64,000 bases of DNA, from the NCBI GenBank assembly GCA_019244185.1, contig JAFATB010000025.1:320001-384000 (forward strand). Direction: 5' to 3'. This DNA is from Acidobacteriota bacterium (lineage in GTDB: Bacteria; Acidobacteriota; Thermoanaerobaculia; Gp7-AA8). Shown in pieces: positions 19,332-30,382 of the stretch. How positions within the stretch are numbered: the stretch's first letter is position 1; each line of letters opens with the position of its first letter. The translations under genes and the position numbers were made by a program. A model generated the notes under the pieces. That model saw nothing but the letters and a program-made list of their open reading frames with translations. It did no database searches and had not been told where the DNA came from.

Positions 19332-19532
19332 ATGCGACCGCGCATCGCATTCACGACATCGCCCCATATCATTCATCCCACCGCGCGACGCGTGAATGCG
19401 ATCGCGCATCGCATTGACGATATCGCCGCATATCCTTCATCCCATCGCGCGACGCATTCATGCGATCGCGCATCGCATTCACGAGATCGCCCTATATCCT
19501 TCATCCCATCGCGCGAAGCGTTCATGCGATCG
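19332..19532. repeat. Three 64-bp tandem repeats plus a partial fourth, each with an internal palindrome
   Basis: Units start at 19332, 19396, 19460 and 19524; consensus begins ATGCGAT-CGCGC-ATCGCAT. Confidence 0.9.
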
Positions 19533-19596
19533 ATCGCCGGCATTCAGCGTCGCAACGGCATTGCGTCATCTACCCTGCGCGCTTCAGAATCCGGCG

Positions 19597-20034
19597 ATGC
19601 CTGTGGATCTGACCAAGCTCTTTCAGATCGATGATGACGGGAAGCTCTTCATCTCTCCGGTTATCCGAGACTGGGCGATCGTCTCGTCGTACGGCGTCAA
19701 TACCGTGATCGACCTCGAGGGCGGCTTGGACGACTGCATCCCGACGGTACCGAACGGCTGCCTGTACGTGTACTTCCCGATCTACGACGAACAGCTGCCG
19801 GACCTGGCCCGCCTCGAGGCGATCGCAAACATGGGCGCGTACCTCATCGCCAACGGGCACGCGTTGCTTTCGCACTGCGGCATGGGCTTCAACCGGTCGG
19901 CGCTGATCGCGGGGCGCATCCTGCACCGGCTGGGCATGCCGGGCCCGGACGTCGTCGAGCGACTTCGCGAGCGGCGTCCCGGCGCGTTGTTCAACGACAT
20001 CTTCGCCGAGCACCTTCGAAGCCTGACGCAGTAG
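19597..20034 (+). CDS. Dual-specificity/tyrosine phosphatase-like protein
   Basis: HCGMGFNRS (HCX5R). Start moved downstream of the tandem repeat. Confidence 0.85.
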   Translation: MPVDLTKLFQIDDDGKLFISPVIRDWAIVSSYGVNTVIDLEGGLDDCIPTVPNGCLYVYFPIYDEQLPDLARLEAIANMGAYLIANGHALLSHCGMGFNRSALIAGRILHRLGMPGPDVVERLRERRPGALFNDIFAEHLRSLTQ

Positions 20035-20072
20035 CGCGCCGCCAAACCCGTTAGAATCGGCCGCTCCGCTCC

Positions 20073-21038
20073 ATGACCGTCAGCCGCTCTGCCAGTTCCG
20101 GCGCACATTCGCATCCACACGAGCCGGCGTCTGCACGCGCGGCGCAGGAGCGGACGCCGTACGTATCCGTGCTGCTTCCGACGATGCAGGCGTGGCCGGC
20201 GGTGGCGCCCGCGCTCGAATCCCTCCTGACGCAGGGCACGACGGAGAACTTTGAGATCCTCGTCATCGACGGTCACGGCGGCCACGGCTCCGGGACGCAC
20301 GCATCAGGACATCCGCCGATGGTGCGTTGGCTGTCGCATCCCGGCCTCGATACGTTCGGCTTGCGCACCGCGGGTCTGATGGCGGCGAAAGGAACCGTCG
20401 TCGCGATCACGGAAGATCACTGTTTCGTGCCGTCCGACTGGGTCGACTCCATTGCGAAAGCGCATCGCGAGAATGACGCCGTCGCGCTCGTGGGCATCAC
20501 CAAAAATCATCCCGCGTCCGCCACGAGCGCGCTCGATCGCGCGAATTTCGTGCTCACGTTCGCGGGGCAGAACAACGTGCGGCTCGGCATCGACCGGCAA
20601 CGACTTCCGGTGCCGACGAATGTTTCGTTCAAGAGGTCGGCGCTCGCCGCGGCTGGTCTGCAGCCCGGCGATCTCGAATATTTCTGGCTGCACGAGCTGC
20701 GTCAGAGCGAGCAACTCGACACGGCGCCCGGCGTCGTGCTGGAGCACAAACAACGCTGGGGCCGCGCCACGCTCCGCGTGCATTTTGCGAGCGGCTGCTC
20801 CTACGGCGCGTCGGTCCGGCAATGGCCGTGGCGGCCCAGGGCGGCGTGGTGGTTGCGGCTTCCGCTGCTGCCGGTGCGGCTCTTCCGCATGGTCGGGCCG
20901 GATCTCTTCGGCGGCGCCGGCGGCACGGCCGCGGGTGCAGCGGACGTCTTCTGCGTGCTCGCGCTCATCACCGCGAACGTGGTGGGACAGCTGAAAGGTG
21001 CGTTGTTCGGCGCGGGTGCGAGTCGAGGCAAGCTGTGA
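20073..21038 (+). CDS. Glycosyltransferase family 2
   Basis: VSVLLPT, FEILVIDG, AITEDH. Confidence 0.8.
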   Translation: MTVSRSASSGAHSHPHEPASARAAQERTPYVSVLLPTMQAWPAVAPALESLLTQGTTENFEILVIDGHGGHGSGTHASGHPPMVRWLSHPGLDTFGLRTAGLMAAKGTVVAITEDHCFVPSDWVDSIAKAHRENDAVALVGITKNHPASATSALDRANFVLTFAGQNNVRLGIDRQRLPVPTNVSFKRSALAAAGLQPGDLEYFWLHELRQSEQLDTAPGVVLEHKQRWGRATLRVHFASGCSYGASVRQWPWRPRAAWWLRLPLLPVRLFRMVGPDLFGGAGGTAAGAADVFCVLALITANVVGQLKGALFGAGASRGKL

Positions 21039-21071
21039 CGCGTGACGATGCGCACGATGCGTCTCAACGAA

Positions 21072-21665
21072 CTACGTCTCCTCGCGCGTGATCCACTTCT
21101 CGACGCGCGGCGGCGTCCACGCGTCGAAGCGCGCGAGGAGCGCGGCGGGGTCGCGATCGATAAGCGCGATCGCGCGGTGCGGGTCCTTCACGAACTGCTC
21201 GCGTACGGCGCGGTCGAGGAAGCCCATCAGCGGCTCGTAGAAGCCGTTGACGTCGAGGAAGCCGAGCGGTTTCGCGTGCAGGCCGAGCTGTGCCCACGTC
21301 CAGATCTCGAAGATCTCCTCGAGCGTCCCGAGTCCGCCGGGTAGGGCAATGAAGGCATCGGCGAGATCGGCCATCATCGCCTTGCGCTCGTGCATCGTGT
21401 CGACGATGTGGAGATCCGTCAGCCCTCGATGTCCGACCTCGCGCGCCCAGAGCGCATGCGGGATGACGCCGACCACGCGGCCGCCGCTGGCGAGCACGGC
21501 GTCGGCGAGCTCACCCATGAGACCGACGCTGCCGCCGCCATAGACGAGCGCGATGCCCTCGCGCGCGAGAAGCTGCCCGAGGGAACGCGCGGCTTCGACG
21601 TACGCGGGATCGGATCCGTTGTTGGAGCCGCAGAAGACGCAGATGCGGTCGATCACGGCGCGCAT
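21072..21665 (-). CDS. LOG family nucleotide monophosphate nucleosidase (TIGR00730-like)
   Basis: [33 protein letters not shown]. Confidence 0.95.
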   Translation of the reverse strand: MRAVIDRICVFCGSNNGSDPAYVEAARSLGQLLAREGIALVYGGGSVGLMGELADAVLASGGRVVGVIPHALWAREVGHRGLTDLHIVDTMHERKAMMADLADAFIALPGGLGTLEEIFEIWTWAQLGLHAKPLGFLDVNGFYEPLMGFLDRAVREQFVKDPHRAIALIDRDPAALLARFDAWTPPRVEKWITREET

Positions 21666-21727
21666 TATGCCGGGAGTGCGGCCGGCGCGGCGGAATTCGC
21701 GGCGCATCCGCGCGTTAACCCGCGCGC

Positions 21728-23674
<1,947 letters not shown>

Positions 23675-23678
23675 GCGG

Positions 23679-24768
23679 TCAGATCGCGTCGGGATCGAAC
23701 TTCCGCTTGGTCCCCTGCTTTTCCTGCTTTTCCTTTTTCGCCTTTTCGGTGGCCAGCGTCGCTAGCTTCCGGCCGCCCTCCATCGCGGGCGCGTAAATCG
23801 GCTTGGTCACGAACAACTCTTTGAACGTGACGTCCTTCTTCTCCGTCGCCGCGAACGAGCGTGACCGTTTTCGCCTTCGCAATCGTGCCCGGCACATCGG
23901 TGGCTTTGTCGTCGTCGGAGTCCCAGTCGAGGAAGTTGTAGCTGGGCTCCGACGGGAGCGCGACCTTCTTCAGATCGGCGGGGAATGGGATGCGCGTCTT
24001 CTGCGTCTGCGTCTTCTTCGCGCCGCGACGGTGCCATGCATTCCAGAGTCCGCGCCGGTGAATTTCACCGTTGGCTTTATTCGCGATGTACGCCTTGACG
24101 GTTGCCGTGGTCACCTTGAACTTCAGGTTGTTCCTGAGCACGTACTGCTCCGCATGCAACATGAGCGGCTGAATGGCCACTGCATTCACCTCGCGCGCGA
24201 AGCGTTCCGCCTCCGCCTCGAGGAGCGCGCTGAAGACGACCGCGGTGCCGTCGCCGAATGGGTTCGCGACGCGGCCCGCACGCTGCTGCACGACGTGCGT
24301 CAGCTCGTGTGCGAGGAGCTGCCGTCCGCGCGGCGAATGCGGATCGTACTGGCCGGGCGCGAAGTGGATGTTCGAACCATGCGTGAAGGCGGTGGCGCCG
24401 AGGGTCTGGGCGGCGGTGCCGGTGTGCACGCGCACGTCGGCGAAGCTCGCGCCGAGCGCGTCTTCCATCCGCTGCCGCACGTCCGCGGGCAGCGGCTGGC
24501 CGGGCATCGGCGCAAAGCTCGCGAGCGCCGGCGGGAGCAGCAGAGCGGAACCGTGCGGCGTCGCGCGGAGCTGCAGCGCGGCGGCGGCTCCCGCGGCGGC
24601 GACGTGCGGCGCCTGCCGCGGCATGCGCGGCTGCGCGACCTGCGCGATGCGCTGCCGCACCCAGTCCGGATCCGCGCCGTGCGCGGCCGCGGCCGCCGCT
24701 CGCTGCAACGTCAGCTGCAACTGCGTCACGCCCGAAGGAAACGAATCCTGAATGACGGATCCGCGCAT
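23679..24768 (-). pseudogene. DUF4157 (eCIS core) domain protein with an apparent single-base frameshift near 23843
   Basis: DUF4157 motifs GQPLP, FADVRVH, AFTHGSNIHF, LLAHELTHVVQQ. The natural C-terminus (EKKDVTFKELFVTK...KRKFDPDAI*) is in another frame ending at 23679; the unshifted frame runs into typA. Confidence 0.7.
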
Positions 24769-24796
24769 CGCTACCCCCTCCGCCAGAATCCACGGC

Positions 24797-24822
24797 GGTG
24801 CACGACCCGCAACCGCATGACG
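24797..24822 (+). repeat. Cassette-boundary motif, copy 1
   Basis: GGTGCACGACCCGCAACCGCATGACG. Confidence 0.75.
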
Positions 24823-24849
24823 CGTGCGGAGCACAACGCTCCGCACGCG
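24821..24849 (-). terminator. Hairpin downstream of the first IPT gene
   Basis: CGCGTGCGGAGC-ACAAC-GCTCCGCACGCG; no U tract. Confidence 0.5.
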
Positions 24850-24857
24850 CCCTCTGG

Positions 24858-25913
24858 TCAGTTCGGGGTAATCGTGGTGATGTGCTGGGTCTCGTTGTTC
24901 GTCACCGAGACGAACGCCCAGATCGGCATCGACGGCTGCCCTGCGCCGAGGCGCGGGACCTCGACTTTGACGCTGACGGTGTTCTGGCCGGAGGGCAGCG
25001 CAGCCGGCAGCGGGAAATCCTCGAAGACGCCGTACGCCGGCGTATAACGATCGGTCGCGGGCTGAAGCGGGACCTGAAAGATCTCGTTGTTCACGGTGAC
25101 GTTCACGTGGTCGAACTCATTCGAGAGTCCGTAGATGCGCAGCGTGTTGCGGAAACGCGTATCGATCGGAACTCCCAGGAGGACGATGCGCTCGTCGTCG
25201 AACTGGCTGCGGTGCACCACCGGGATCTCCGTCCCCTGATCGAGCGCGTCGCGGCTGACGTCCTGCACGCGGAGGTTTGCGGCGAGGTCGCCGCTCCTCC
25301 CCTTCTCGACGTAGAACAGTCGGCCGACGCTTTCGGTGCAGTTGGGGACGAGCCTGATTTCGGGGCCGATCGTCATGGCCATGTCCGGGTAGATCGGAGG
25401 ATCGAAGAGCGTGCAACTGGTGTCGTAGCCCCACAAGCGCACCGGCGTGTCCTTCGCCGCCACGCGCACGATCGTGACGAACTCCGAGCCGAAGCGGCCG
25501 TGGGTCGGTTCCGCGTAGATCGGGAAGAGGATCGGATCGAACGCGTCCTCGAACGTACCGGTGTACGTGAAGGCGTTCTCGAGAACCGAGTCGTTTGGAT
25601 CGGAACCGTCGATTTGCGAAAGGCTGACCGACACCGTGCCCGGCAGATGCGGCGGTGTCACGGCGATGACGGTCGTAGAATCGACGAACTCGACGCTTTG
25701 GGCTACCTCGCCGCCAAAGTAGACGGTAGGAGCCGCAAAAGGCGGCGTACAGATGATGCAGCTGTTCGAGAAGCCGGTACCGTGAATCGTCACCGCGGTG
25801 CCGCCTTCGGGCGGTCCCGAGGTCGGAGAAATGGACGTGATCACGGGGCTGGCGGCGGCAGTCAGCGAGAGGACGAGGGCTGCGAGTACGGCGAGGGCAC
25901 GGAGTTTGGGCAT
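24858..25913 (-). CDS. Secreted IPT/TIG domain protein, paralogue 1
   Basis: Signal peptide; PVITSISPTSGPPEGGTAVTIHGTGF; C-terminus WAFVSVTNNETQHITTITPN; SD AAGGAG. Confidence 0.9.
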   Translation of the reverse strand: MPKLRALAVLAALVLSLTAAASPVITSISPTSGPPEGGTAVTIHGTGFSNSCIICTPPFAAPTVYFGGEVAQSVEFVDSTTVIAVTPPHLPGTVSVSLSQIDGSDPNDSVLENAFTYTGTFEDAFDPILFPIYAEPTHGRFGSEFVTIVRVAAKDTPVRLWGYDTSCTLFDPPIYPDMAMTIGPEIRLVPNCTESVGRLFYVEKGRSGDLAANLRVQDVSRDALDQGTEIPVVHRSQFDDERIVLLGVPIDTRFRNTLRIYGLSNEFDHVNVTVNNEIFQVPLQPATDRYTPAYGVFEDFPLPAALPSGQNTVSVKVEVPRLGAGQPSMPIWAFVSVTNNETQHITTITPN

Positions 25914-26001
25914 GTAGAAGCTCCTTCGATTGCGATTCACGCAATCATCCCGGCTTGATTTTCGATGCGATCACAGCATATTTGATCTAAACCGATCTCC
26001 A

Positions 26002-26026
26002 GGTGAACAACCCGCAACGCGTGATG
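26002..26026 (+). repeat. Cassette-boundary motif, copy 2
   Basis: GGTGAACAACCCGCAACGCGTGATG. Confidence 0.75.
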
Positions 26027-26043
26027 TCGCTAATACAGCCTTT

Positions 26044-26074
26044 GCGCGTGCGGAGCACAACGCTCCGCACGCGC
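26044..26074 (-). terminator. Hairpin downstream of the second IPT gene
   Basis: GCGCGTGCGGAGC-ACAAC-GCTCCGCACGCGC, same core as the hairpin at 24821. Confidence 0.5.
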
Positions 26075-26081
26075 GCTCTCA

Positions 26082-27134
26082 TCAGTTCGGGGTAATCGTG
26101 GTGATGTGCTGCGTCTCGTTGTTCGTGACCGAGACGAACGCCCAGATCGGCATCGACGGCTGCACTGCGCCGAGGTGCGGGACCTCGACTTTGACGCTGA
26201 CGGTGTTCTGGCCCGAGGGCAGTGCAGCCGGCAGCGGGAAATCCTCGAACACGCCGTACGCCGGCGTGTAACGATCGGTCGGCGGGTGAAGCGGGACCTG
26301 AAAGATCTCGTTGTTGACGGTGACGTTCACGTGGTCGAACGCGTTCGAGAGTCCGTAGATGCGCAGCGTGTTGCGGAAACGCGGATCGATCGGAACTCCC
26401 AGGAGCACGATGCGTTGGTCGTCGAACTGGCTGTGGTGCACCACCGGGATCTCCGTCCCCTGATCGAGCGCTTCCCGGCTGACGTCCATCACGCGGAGGT
26501 TTGCGGCGAGATCGCCGCTTTTCCCCTTCTCGACGTAGAACAAGCGGCCGACGCTTTCGTTGCAGTCGGGGACGAGCCTGGTTTCCTCGCCTACGATCAA
26601 CGGGATGTCGGGGTACGCGGGCGGATCGATGATCGAGCAACTGGTGTCGTATCCCCACAAGCGGACCGGCGTCTCCTTCGCCGCCACGCGTACGACGGTG
26701 ACGAACTCCGAGCCAAAGCGACCCGGCGTCGGTCGCGCATAGATCGGGAAGAGGATCGGATCGAACGCGTCCTCGAACGGATCCGTATAGGTGAAGGCGT
26801 TCTCGAGAACCAAGTCGTCCGGATCGGCTCCGTTGTTTTGCCAAACGCTGACCGTCACCGTTCCGGGCAGATGCGGCGGTGTTACGGCGATGACCGTCGT
26901 GGAGTCGACGAACTCGACGTGTGAGGCCATCACGTCGCCAAAAAAGACAGTAGGGTCCTGAATGGGCGGGCAGATGATGCAATGGGTCGAGAAACCGCTG
27001 CCGTGAATCGTGACCACCGTGCCGCCTTGGGCCGGCCCCGCGGTCGGAGAAATGGATGTAATGAGGGAGCTGGCGGCGGCAGTTAGCGAGAGAACGAGGG
27101 TTGCAAGAACGGCGAGGGCACGGAGTTTGGGCAT
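26082..27134 (-). CDS. Secreted IPT/TIG domain protein, paralogue 2
   Basis: Closely similar to 24858-25913 along its length, including the upstream region. Confidence 0.9.
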   Translation of the reverse strand: MPKLRALAVLATLVLSLTAAASSLITSISPTAGPAQGGTVVTIHGSGFSTHCIICPPIQDPTVFFGDVMASHVEFVDSTTVIAVTPPHLPGTVTVSVWQNNGADPDDLVLENAFTYTDPFEDAFDPILFPIYARPTPGRFGSEFVTVVRVAAKETPVRLWGYDTSCSIIDPPAYPDIPLIVGEETRLVPDCNESVGRLFYVEKGKSGDLAANLRVMDVSREALDQGTEIPVVHHSQFDDQRIVLLGVPIDPRFRNTLRIYGLSNAFDHVNVTVNNEIFQVPLHPPTDRYTPAYGVFEDFPLPAALPSGQNTVSVKVEVPHLGAVQPSMPIWAFVSVTNNETQHITTITPN

Positions 27135-27206
27135 GTAGACGCTCCTTCGATCGCGATCACGCAATCTTTCCGGCTGATTTTTGATGCGATAACAGCATAA
27201 TCCGAA

Positions 27207-27246
27207 CGAGCGCCTCTTCCGGTGAACAAACCGCAACCGCGTGACG
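27207..27246 (+). repeat. Cassette-boundary motif, copy 3 (40-bp exact repeat of 30054-30093)
   Basis: CGAGCGCCTCTTCCGGTGAACAAACCGCAACCGCGTGACG. Confidence 0.95.
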
Positions 27247-27342
27247 GAGTCGATCCGCATCTGCGAGCCGATGCTCGATCACTCGCGGTGTGCCGGCGAG
27301 GCGAAGAACGCGAAGAAGCGGCGGCGGCGGGTCAGCGGTCAG
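27241..27342 (+). pseudogene. Degenerate duplicate of the typA 3' end
   Basis: GTGACGGAGTCGATCCGCATCTGCGAGCCGATGCTCGATCACTCGCG...GCGAAGAACGCGAAGAAGCGGCGG...GCGGTCAG aligns to 23567-23682. Confidence 0.9.
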
Positions 27343-27391
27343 GGTAGGGAACTTTTGATTCGCGGCTCTCCTAAAAGCGGGAGAGGAACAC

Positions 27392-30091
27392 ATGGCCTCA
27401 GCCGCGCTGTCGCTCGAAGACGAGATTCAGCGGATTTCCGAGTTGGATCAGGGTCGCGCACAGTTTCAGCAGTGGCGTTCATTAGGACACGAAGCACTGC
27501 GGCAGCTCGTGGTGTGTCTTGGCCCCCGCACGGACACGCATTGCGTGCGATGGAACCGCTCGCTCGACATCACCGACAAGGCTCTTCTCGTGAAAGCACT
27601 CTGCCGCCCGGGAAGCGACACCTCCTTTTATACACAGCCACTCTACGAGCTGCAGCACCAACAGCTCACGAGCATTCTCGGCGAGCCCGAGCAGAGTCCG
27701 CTTTTTTCGTCCGGATCGAAGCAGGCGATTTTTCTCGACGCGGCGTTTGCATTCGATGCGCTGGCAAGCGGCCCGGAAGCAGTGCTCGGACCCGGGACGA
27801 TGCATTACTGCTATGTCGTCCTGCGCGAGCTTTACTATCCGACAGCTCCCAACTGGACCGTAGGCGGTGCTCGGGCGGGCGTGGGCGGCAAGCCGTCGGC
27901 ATTCACGACAAGTCAGTTCGTCCGCAGTATCTTCAGCTTCGCGCGGATGCTCGAACGGACCGGACACTATCTCGACGCGCTCGCGGAAATGCAGCAGACC
28001 GGCCACACCGGTGTCGAAGCGTGGAATGTTCGCGACGCACGTCGCCGCGCACTCTCGCTCCATACCACGCTCGCGAAGCGCGCCTGGAATCTCGCGTTTC
28101 CCCTCAAGAACCTCGTGCCAGCTTCATTCGAAGATGACGCGCTGCGAGCGTTCGACTCTTCCGTACAACACGCGCTGCTAGTCGGACTGCAAAGTCTCGC
28201 AGACGCATTCACGAACGCGTGCACGACCGTACAGGAGTACCGCGAGCGCGAGGAGAAGGCGGCGGATACAGCCGAGAGAAAACTGAGGGTGCAATGGTCG
28301 GAAGGAGCGCACGGCATTGCGCTCGATGCATTGCAGGACGCCGCGCGGCGAGCGACGGAGGCGCGGCGTTCGTTCCCCGAGGTTCCACCCGATCCAAGCC
28401 GACCGATCTCAGCGTCGGAGCGCAAACAGTTCGCCGAACGTCTGCGCGCGATCAGCAGACAATTCACGGAAACATCGGTAGGAACTCGCTCGCTCGCGAA
28501 ACCTGCTCTCGATTATCTGTGGGGGGTCCTGGACCGCGAACTGATCGCCGCTTCCGCAGTCGGAGACGCGGTGAGCTTCGAAGCGTCGGAGATGGCTTCC
28601 GCGGCCGCAACCCTCGGCGCGGCCGGACACTGGGCGGATGAACGGCTGATGCGGGCAGCGCAATTGTTGGGCAACGCGATCACGCCGAGTGGCTTTGCCA
28701 TCGCGCGTCCATTTCATGCGGGAGGTGGTGCCTACTATCAGCCCGTCCAGCCGCACATTCTCGGCGCCTATGCGCAAATCGTCGAACACGTGCAGGCCGA
28801 CCTCTCGCCCACCGTGCTCCAGCGGATGGCGCAGTACTTTGCGACCACGCGCCGCGAAATCGACGCCACGCGCAGCAGTTGGAGGTGGGCGCACTCCTGG
28901 AACGACCACGACCTGCATTCTCCCTATCACACGGCGCTCTCGACCATCGCGCTCGATCGCATTTGCCGCATGCTGGACCGCCGCATCAATGAGCTCGTGC
29001 TCAATCACTTCACCTGGCGCCAGATGCCGAGCACCGCGCTCCGGCTGCAGGAGCTTTTCTATCCGGATTACGGCCTCGCCGCGATGTCGCCGGAATCGTC
29101 TGGAACACCTCGCATCGCAATCGCAGAGGCGCTCGAACGGATGCGCGCACATGTTTCCGACGTGAAACTTGCGAAGCAATTCGGACCGCGGCTGTATTCG
29201 GCCGTGTTTCACGGACCGCCGGGAACGGGGAAGACGACGCTGCTCGAAGCTTTGGCGGCGTCGGCGGATGTGCCGCTTGTAGAAGTCACGCCGAGTGACA
29301 TCATCGTCGCCGGCGCCGACCGCATCGAGGCACGTGCCCGAGCTGTACTGCGCGCATTGTCCTTTCTGACGAAGGCGGTCATTCTTTTCGACGAATTCGA
29401 CCCGGTCCTCAAGACTCGCGAAACCGGGGGCACACCGCAATCGATCTTCAACTTCCTGACATCAGGCATGCTGCCGAAGCTGAAGACTCTGTACGAGGCG
29501 GCGAAGGACCGCGCGGTCGCCTTCGCGCTCGTCACGAACATTCTGTCCGATCTCGATCCGGCGGCGATCCGGCGCGGACGTTTCGACGCGACGATCGGCG
29601 TGTACGCGCCTGACGCACTGTCGCGCTACGGCCGCCTGTTCACCGAGGTCAATGCATACCTCGAGCAACGCTCATGCATCGCTCCTCGAACACTCAACGA
29701 ACGTTTCCGAGCGGTGATACGGGCGACTGCTGCGATCTCGATGCAGGACGCCGGACGTCGAAACTGGTTCACGCGGCCGAAGCCGGACGATCCTCCCGAT
29801 GCCGACACGATCTTCGGCTACCTATTCTCGGAGGCAGACAATCCACGCCTGCCATCGCTGAGTACGGAGGGACAACGGCCGGAGAAGAAGAAACGGAAGA
29901 AGGCACAGGAGCACGAGGTCGGAAAACCGCAGCGCAGCTTCTGGTCGCCAACGGAGAAACAGGAATGGGAGAGAATCGAATCGCTGGAAAAGCGCGGCGG
30001 GCTACTTGGAGATGCAATTTGGGAAGGCGTCGAGAACGCCTTCCTAGGCCTATCGAGCGCCTCTTCCGGTGAACAAACCGCAACCGCGTGA
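27392..30091 (+). CDS. Large AAA+ ATPase with uncharacterised helical N-terminal region
   Basis: Walker A GPPGTGKT, Walker B ILFDEFD, SRH DPAAIRRGRFD; SD GAGGA. Confidence 0.85.
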   Translation: MASAALSLEDEIQRISELDQGRAQFQQWRSLGHEALRQLVVCLGPRTDTHCVRWNRSLDITDKALLVKALCRPGSDTSFYTQPLYELQHQQLTSILGEPEQSPLFSSGSKQAIFLDAAFAFDALASGPEAVLGPGTMHYCYVVLRELYYPTAPNWTVGGARAGVGGKPSAFTTSQFVRSIFSFARMLERTGHYLDALAEMQQTGHTGVEAWNVRDARRRALSLHTTLAKRAWNLAFPLKNLVPASFEDDALRAFDSSVQHALLVGLQSLADAFTNACTTVQEYREREEKAADTAERKLRVQWSEGAHGIALDALQDAARRATEARRSFPEVPPDPSRPISASERKQFAERLRAISRQFTETSVGTRSLAKPALDYLWGVLDRELIAASAVGDAVSFEASEMASAAATLGAAGHWADERLMRAAQLLGNAITPSGFAIARPFHAGGGAYYQPVQPHILGAYAQIVEHVQADLSPTVLQRMAQYFATTRREIDATRSSWRWAHSWNDHDLHSPYHTALSTIALDRICRMLDRRINELVLNHFTWRQMPSTALRLQELFYPDYGLAAMSPESSGTPRIAIAEALERMRAHVSDVKLAKQFGPRLYSAVFHGPPGTGKTTLLEALAASADVPLVEVTPSDIIVAGADRIEARARAVLRALSFLTKAVILFDEFDPVLKTRETGGTPQSIFNFLTSGMLPKLKTLYEAAKDRAVAFALVTNILSDLDPAAIRRGRFDATIGVYAPDALSRYGRLFTEVNAYLEQRSCIAPRTLNERFRAVIRATAAISMQDAGRRNWFTRPKPDDPPDADTIFGYLFSEADNPRLPSLSTEGQRPEKKKRKKAQEHEVGKPQRSFWSPTEKQEWERIESLEKRGGLLGDAIWEGVENAFLGLSSASSGEQTATA

Positions 30092-30093
30092 CG
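30054..30093 (+). repeat. Cassette-boundary motif, copy 4; contains the AAA ATPase stop codon
   Basis: Identical to 27207-27246. Confidence 0.95.
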
Positions 30094-30127
30094 CCGCTCA
30101 CGCAACCTTTGGCCGTGCGGCCCGAAT

Positions 30128-30373
30128 ATGCACAACGTCATGAGCTACACGGATTGGCTGCGACGGCAGGTGGAACGGCTGGAGGATGAAATCCGGCGGC
30201 ACTCGGTCTTCGACAGCGACCGCCCCGCGTCGATGGTTCAGCTGCGCGAGCTGCGCTCGAAGGTCGTGATTCACACGTACCTCCGGCAGCAACTGCTGCG
30301 GCGCGAGACGCCGGTGGTGCTCGACGAGGAGTACGACACGCAGGAGTTCGTGGTGGTGCGGCGCGCGCAGTAG
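30128..30373 (+). CDS. Small hypothetical protein
   Basis: 81-aa ORF with host-like codons, 9 bp upstream of the next gene. Confidence 0.6.
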   Translation: MHNVMSYTDWLRRQVERLEDEIRRHSVFDSDRPASMVQLRELRSKVVIHTYLRQQLLRRETPVVLDEEYDTQEFVVVRRAQ

Positions 30374-30382
30374 CCTGTCCGC

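Noticed and set aside
19332-19532. CRISPR array
   Set aside because: Units are similar along their whole length, with no unique spacers and no cas genes.
24858-27134. Diversity-generating retroelement template/variable pair
   Set aside because: Both copies are full genes, differences are not confined to adenines, and there is no reverse transcriptase in the window.
24797-30093. Classical integron, dif/Xer site or sigma-54 promoter as the identity of the boundary motif
   Set aside because: No intI, no attC-type core or palindrome, only GGTG shared with dif, and the conserved GG and spacing of the -24/-12 consensus are missing.
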